Virus record (IMG/VR): IMGVR_UViG_3300031813_000003
Coordinates: 1-64,000 of that record
Origin: a virus
Taxonomy: Duplodnaviria; Caudoviricetes
Length of the DNA: 64,000 bases
Reading direction: 5' to 3' (one strand)
The notes beneath the pieces were generated by a model. That model was not told the origin of the DNA, made no database searches, and worked only from the letters and a program-made list of their open reading frames with translations. Shown here one piece after another: positions 59,054 through 64,000 of this stretch (positions are counted from its first letter, which is position 1; the number at the start of each line of letters is the position of its first letter). The position numbers were made by a program, and so were the translations under genes.

Positions 59054-61615
59054 ATGGAAAGACCTAAAGACATAATAATACACAGAAAAGACCATGCAAC
59101 AGTTACAATAGAATGTAATCATATCATTACAGGGGAGCTAAGTCAATTTTTCTCATCTTTTGCCCTCAACTATAAATTCTCCCCTATGTATAAAAATAAA
59201 TTGTGGGATGGCAAGATTCGATTCTTTTCAGCTGCTACCAATGAGTTACCTATTGGCCTAGTGGAAAAACTTTACGAATTCTCTAGGCTAGGGAATTATA
59301 CAATCCAGTGTAACTACAAACGATTCAATGAAGTAACCAGAGAAGATTTTAAAAAGTTTGTGGATTCCCTTGGGATTCCATTCCCCCTCAGGGATTACCA
59401 ACTGGAAGCAGCATATCAATGTGTCTGTAAAAAGAACCTGAACGTCCATGCTGCTACCTCCTGTCATAAAGCAGGAGATACTGTTATGATGTCTACTGGT
59501 ATTTGGAAAAATATTGAAGATATTAAAATTGGAGAGTATGTCATAGGTATGGATGGTACTCCTAAAATGGTTTTAAAAATATTTTCAGGTAAAGACGATC
59601 TTTATTCAATAAAACCAAAAAACAATAGACCTGAAATAACAGTAACAAAAGAGCATATACTTCCAATAAAAAGATCAGATTATAATAAAAAATATAGTAA
59701 AACAAAAGGAAATAAAGACTACATAGAATATATTTCAGTTGATGATTATATTAAAAAAGATAACTATTATAAACATATATCTAATATTTTTTATAATAAA
59801 AATGTTATTGAGTTTGGTGATGATCCAAATACAAAGTTAACACCATATTTTATTGGTTTATATCTAGGAGATGGTAGCACTCATTCTTGTCAGATAACAA
59901 ACAAGGATAAAGAATGTGTACAGGAAATATACTATCAAGCTTCATTGGTGAATTGTGAAGTAAAAACTGATGATAATCTTCATTATGATATTTTAGGATG
60001 TTCTGGTGTTAAAGGAGTTGTAAGTAGCAATAGAAATATAATTTTTAGAGAATTTGATATACTAGGTATATGTTTTTCTAGTAATAAAGATAAACATATA
60101 AAATACGTAGATAGGTTCATACCAGAGTGTATTTTTAATTCATCTATTGACTTTAGACTAGAAGTTTTATCAGGATTGATAGATAGTGATGGTCATTTGG
60201 CTAATGGTTCTGGTTATGAATTAACATTTAAATCCAAACAGTTAAGAGATGACATTCAAAGATTAGCAATATCATTAGGATTTGTATGTTCTACTAATAC
60301 AAAACATAATAAAAAATATAATAGAGATTACTATAAAGTTTTAATAATGGGAGATGTATATAAAATACCAGTCAGGATAGAAAGAAAAAAAGCAAAAAAT
60401 ATAGTAAGAGTAAGAGATCAGTATAGAAGTAATTTTGATGTGGAATATAAAGGGTATGATAATTTTTATGGTATGGAAGTAGAAGATCATCATTATATTA
60501 CTAATGGTGGAATGATAACACATAATAGCGGTAAATCTTTGATTATATATGTAGTGGTACGCTTCATGGTTTATATGAAGCTTAAAACCGTTATTATATG
60601 CCCTGCGACACAATTAGTGGAACAGATGTTTGGTGACTTCATTTCATATGGTTGGCAAGCTGAAAGATTCTGTCATAGGGTATACGGCGATCAGGAAAAA
60701 TTCTTTGATGCCCCTGTCACCATAGCATGTTGGCAATCTCTGATCTCAACCAAGGTACGAAAGAAGAACCCATACGAGAGTTTCGACTGCATCCTAGTAG
60801 ATGAGGCACACAATGCTAAAGCTAAATCCATATCTGATCTTAGTAAGGTATGTATCAATGCTCAATATCGTTTCGGATTCTCAGGAACATACCCTGAAGC
60901 ATCTGTTGCCGATTGGTATTCAATAGTGGGAAGCTTTGGCCCAATCCAAACTTTCACTACTTATAAAAAACTTGAAGAAGAAGGACACATCACACCACTA
61001 AAAATATACAATGTAATTTTAAAATATGATAGAGAATTCAAATTAGCTTTATATAACGAATGTTCTAAAGACTATAATGCGCAAAATGATAAGATTCATA
61101 ATCATGAAAGTAGGAATAGATTCATTCTTAAAATGGTTCAAAATCTAAAAGAAAATTGTCTAATATTATTTACAAAGAAAGAAGCCCACGGTTATGGTAT
61201 ATTTGAACTATTCGATAATGAATTAAAAGACAAAACTATCATATATATTGATGGTGATGTTAGTGTTGAGGATCGTGAGAAAGCTAGAAAACTTATGGGA
61301 GAAAAAAATAATGTAGTAATGTTGGCAACCTATGCCCTCATGTCAACAGGGATCAATATCCCAAATCTTCATTCTATCATTTTTGCATCATCTTATAAGA
61401 GTAAAACAAAAGTTCTTCAATCAATTGGGAGGTCTTTGAGACTACATTCCAGCAAGAAATATGCAAAACTATTTGATATTGTTGATGATTGTTCATTTCA
61501 AGACAGGGTAAACAAAATAAAGTTCATAAATTACTCTATGGAACATTATAAGGAGCGTAGTCAATTTTACTCAGATGAAGGTTGGGATGTTAAAACCATC
61601 AAGTATGATATCTAA
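59054..61615 (+). CDS. uvsW: UvsW SF2 helicase (intein-containing)
   Basis: WDGKIR, RDYQ, ATS-SGKS, DEAH, TGINIP.L, QSIGR.LR. Confidence 0.93.
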   Translation: MERPKDIIIHRKDHATVTIECNHIITGELSQFFSSFALNYKFSPMYKNKLWDGKIRFFSAATNELPIGLVEKLYEFSRLGNYTIQCNYKRFNEVTREDFKKFVDSLGIPFPLRDYQLEAAYQCVCKKNLNVHAATSCHKAGDTVMMSTGIWKNIEDIKIGEYVIGMDGTPKMVLKIFSGKDDLYSIKPKNNRPEITVTKEHILPIKRSDYNKKYSKTKGNKDYIEYISVDDYIKKDNYYKHISNIFYNKNVIEFGDDPNTKLTPYFIGLYLGDGSTHSCQITNKDKECVQEIYYQASLVNCEVKTDDNLHYDILGCSGVKGVVSSNRNIIFREFDILGICFSSNKDKHIKYVDRFIPECIFNSSIDFRLEVLSGLIDSDGHLANGSGYELTFKSKQLRDDIQRLAISLGFVCSTNTKHNKKYNRDYYKVLIMGDVYKIPVRIERKKAKNIVRVRDQYRSNFDVEYKGYDNFYGMEVEDHHYITNGGMITHNSGKSLIIYVVVRFMVYMKLKTVIICPATQLVEQMFGDFISYGWQAERFCHRVYGDQEKFFDAPVTIACWQSLISTKVRKKNPYESFDCILVDEAHNAKAKSISDLSKVCINAQYRFGFSGTYPEASVADWYSIVGSFGPIQTFTTYKKLEEEGHITPLKIYNVILKYDREFKLALYNECSKDYNAQNDKIHNHESRNRFILKMVQNLKENCLILFTKKEAHGYGIFELFDNELKDKTIIYIDGDVSVEDREKARKLMGEKNNVVMLATYALMSTGINIPNLHSIIFASSYKSKTKVLQSIGRSLRLHSSKKYAKLFDIVDDCSFQDRVNKIKFINYSMEHYKERSQFYSDEGWDVKTIKYDI
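59462..60526 (+). mobile_element. Intein (355 aa) with LAGLIDADG endonuclease, inserted in Walker A
   Basis: Starts CHKAGD, block B VTKEH, GLYLGDG and GLIDSDG, ends THN before Ser. Confidence 0.93.
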
Positions 61616-61635
61616 CTGAAATCATATGAATTTTG

Positions 61636-61672
61636 AAATGGGAGAGTAATTAAATTTTGCTCTCCCATTTTT
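61636..61672 (+). terminator. Terminator
   Basis: AAATGGGAGAG...CTCTCCCATTTTTT. Confidence 0.8.
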
Positions 61673-61740
61673 ATATTGACAATAAAATCAAAGCTGTGGT
61701 ATATTCAAATCCGTAGTGACCATCAAAGGGGGAAATCCAG

Positions 61741-62058
61741 ATGAAAATATTAAATATCGAATTCAAAGCATCTGCTAAAAAATCCTCAAATGAATACAAA
61801 CCTGTTGTTGTTAAAATTACCACATATCTGAACGAATGGGTTCCAACTGAACCTATCATCAAAAAAGAAACTACGATCATTGGTCAAACATCTGATCCTT
61901 ACGAATATGCGAAGGATATAAATTCTCCTACACATGGTAAATTTGGTAAATACCGTGGACTGGTATTTACCAATAAAGAAGATGCAATTGTACATGCAAC
62001 ACCATTTGCTGAAGAACAAGAGTTACATTATAAAAAAATATATAGCAAAGGAGTTTAA
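61741..62058 (+). CDS. Hypothetical early protein
   Basis: TTGACA 61676, 18 bp, TATATT promoter; RBS. Confidence 0.7.
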   Translation: MKILNIEFKASAKKSSNEYKPVVVKITTYLNEWVPTEPIIKKETTIIGQTSDPYEYAKDINSPTHGKFGKYRGLVFTNKEDAIVHATPFAEEQELHYKKIYSKGV

Positions 62059-62222
62059 AATGTCAGTTCAGTCTGTGATCAGTGAGTGGGTCAAGAGTAA
62101 CAGCAAACGTGATCTTTGTAACATAGTGAGGGCGAATCGGGCCAAACTTCGTTGGGTTGCCCTTGTTTTAGGTGTACTTTACATTTTCCTGCGTTAACAA
62201 CTAAATCACAAAGGAGAAGATT

Positions 62223-62429
62223 ATGAACCAGGAACTGAAATTACAGGTACATACTTTTTACAGAGCAAGAAATGGTAAAGAAGTATATATTCATATGTAC
62301 AATGACACTGCATTCTTAGGTAGATTATTTTATGACAAGAATGGTAAGATATACCGTGAAAACGGAATGATTGTAAGAGGAACTAATCCTATGGTAGAAG
62401 ACCTTGTTGCTGAAATATCTTACTGGTAA
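62223..62429 (+). CDS. Hypothetical early protein
   Basis: CACAAAGGAG RBS; YR.RNG...DLV.E motif. Confidence 0.7.
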   Translation: MNQELKLQVHTFYRARNGKEVYIHMYNDTAFLGRLFYDKNGKIYRENGMIVRGTNPMVEDLVAEISYW

Positions 62430-62709
62430 TTAACAATAAAGGAGAAGATTAAAATAAGAAAATGTCCATACTGTGGTTCTAAGAACCACAATGAAATGAT
62501 AGAGCATCCATATCCCTACATCAAACTAACCAATCATTCAGGATATCAGGAAGCTGATGTGTGAGTGTGGTTAATACTTCTTCTATGAATTACGATCCAC
62601 TAAAGATATCGGATTGGGTGATACCTGTATATTATACTGCCAGAGCTACAAACAGGGACATTATCATTACAGATTTTCAGATCATCAAATTATTTTGAAA
62701 AAGATTTGA

Positions 62710-62788
62710 AAATAAATTGACAATTAAATCAGGGTGAGGTATATTGAATTACAAGTTGAGCACAAATCAAAACACAAAGGAGCTAAAC
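62710..62788 (+). promoter_or_regulatory. Early sigma70 promoter plus RBS cassette (near copy of 1843-1920)
   Basis: TTGACA 62717, 17 bp, TATATT; AAATCAAAACACAAAGGAG. Confidence 0.85.
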
Positions 62789-64000
62789 ATGTCGAAATCA
62801 ACCTTCAAACCTTCTCCCCAACAGCAAGCCCTCTTCAACTGGATTCTTACTGGCAAGGGTTCCTGTGTTCTGGAAGCGGTTGCAGGTTCTGGCAAAACTA
62901 CCACTCTGGTAGAAGCTCTGAAGCTGATGGAAGGTACGATCTTTTTCGGTGCATACAACAAGAAGATTGCTGAAGAGATTAAAGAGAGAGCAGGGGAGAA
63001 AGCGGGTCTGAATGCCTCTACCTTTCATGCAGCTGGGTTGAATGCTTGGAAAAAGATTGCACGTAGCTGCCAGATTGATGCTAATAAATGCCGCAACATC
63101 TATCGTGAAAACTACGCCGATCCTAACTTCTTCAAACTTGAGACTCCGGTACTCAACCTCGTTTCCTACGCTAAACAGGCAGCTATTGGTGCAGTATGCT
63201 CTGCTGCTGATGATTCTGTCTGGTATGATCTGGTTGAACATTTTAACATCGATTGCCTTGGAAGGGATGAAGAAGTTGTCGATATCGCCAAAAAGATTCT
63301 TGGGCTTTCTGTAGCTTTGGATACCAAGATCATCGATTTCGATGACATGATCTATTGCCCCTTGGTTCACAAGGTGAAAGTAACTGAGTACGATTGGGTC
63401 TTGATTGACGAGGCTCAGGATACCAACGCAAGCCGCAGGGCATTAGCACTGCTGATGCTGAAGAGGGGTGGACGCTTAATCGCAGTAGGTGATAGAAAAC
63501 AGATGATCTATGGTTTCACTGGTTGCGACTCAGATTCTATGGATCAGATCAAAAACGCAGTCAATGCAATTGAACTACCTTTAACTGTTACCTACCGTTG
63601 CCCGAAAGCAGTAGTAAAGGAAGCACAGAAGTATGTATCCCATATCACTGCACACGAATCTGCCCCTGAAGGAACAGTAACTACCTTGGTTGGTGAAATC
63701 ACCAAGAGTGCAAAGCCTGGGGATGCTATTCTTTGCCGCTTCAATGCTCCTTTGATCGAAATGGTATATTCCTTTATCGCTGATGGTATCCCTGCAAAGG
63801 TTGAAGGAAGGGAAATTGGTTCTTCCATGAAAACCCTTCTTCGTAGGTATAAATCCAAAACCTTTTCGGTTCTCATTGATCGTCTGAATGAGTACCGTGA
63901 TCGTGAGTCTGCAAAACTTCGCATCAAAGAAAAAGAGTCTCAGGCAGTTGCAATTGAAGACAAGGTTAACTGCCTTAAAGTTATCATTACAAGGGTAGAG
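62789..64000 (+). CDS. UvrD/Rep-family SF1 helicase, runs off the window (not in track)
   Basis: EAVAGSGKTTT, AYNKKIA, STFH, IDFDDMI, LIDEAQD, VGD..Q.IYGF.G, TYRCP. Confidence 0.92.
   Translation, partial: MSKSTFKPSPQQQALFNWILTGKGSCVLEAVAGSGKTTTLVEALKLMEGTIFFGAYNKKIAEEIKERAGEKAGLNASTFHAAGLNAWKKIARSCQIDANKCRNIYRENYADPNFFKLETPVLNLVSYAKQAAIGAVCSAADDSVWYDLVEHFNIDCLGRDEEVVDIAKKILGLSVALDTKIIDFDDMIYCPLVHKVKVTEYDWVLIDEAQDTNASRRALALLMLKRGGRLIAVGDRKQMIYGFTGCDSDSMDQIKNAVNAIELPLTVTYRCPKAVVKEAQKYVSHITAHESAPEGTVTTLVGEITKSAKPGDAILCRFNAPLIEMVYSFIADGIPAKVEGREIGSSMKTLLRRYKSKTFSVLIDRLNEYRDRESAKLRIKEKESQAVAIEDKVNCLKVIITRVE

Noticed and set aside
62734-63927. Short ORFs listed in the track on both strands
   Set aside because: Shadows of the UvrD helicase ORF that starts at 62789 and runs off the window
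1-64000. Alternative genetic code (stop-codon reassignment)
   Set aside because: Long conserved genes are intact in code 11; interruptions are frameshifts, not in-frame stops

Overview
64 kb segment of a large, AT-rich T4-like (myovirus) phage genome, almost all coded on the + strand. It contains (i) early accessory regions of small ORFs driven by a repeated sigma70 promoter/RBS cassette (1.7-11.9, 41-43, 61.7-64 kb); (ii) an NAD-dependent DNA ligase split into two separately promoted halves by an antisense GIY-YIG endonuclease; (iii) two large tailspike/depolymerase genes; (iv) head genes (gp4, gp2, portal gp20, protease gp21, scaffold gp22, major capsid gp23) and tail/baseplate genes (gp19-family paralogs, gp3, gp26/51, tape measure, gp48, gp53, hub, split gp5) under T4-type late promoters; (v) a glycosyltransferase cluster, lysis genes, uvsY, intein-containing uvsW and a truncated UvrD helicase. 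The most notable candidate system is two clusters of single-domain enzymes (kinase, ADP-ribosyltransferases, putative RNase, and both halves of a phosphorothioation-associated methyltransferase) that share an N-terminal capsid-targeting-like tag (S-F-x-x-[FYHM]-[LI]-x-E), suggesting a virion-packaged, injected effector arsenal. Other leads: a phage Hfq-like gene in the late tail operon, an 84-bp inverted promoter/structured-RNA duplication 57 kb apart next to a 21-aa hydrophobic peptide, a sigma54/IHF-type promoter, and a candidate -1 frameshift joining gp26 and gp51. Four genes carry single-base frameshifts in short base runs that may be sequencing errors. All family calls come from recognising motifs by eye; no searches were run.
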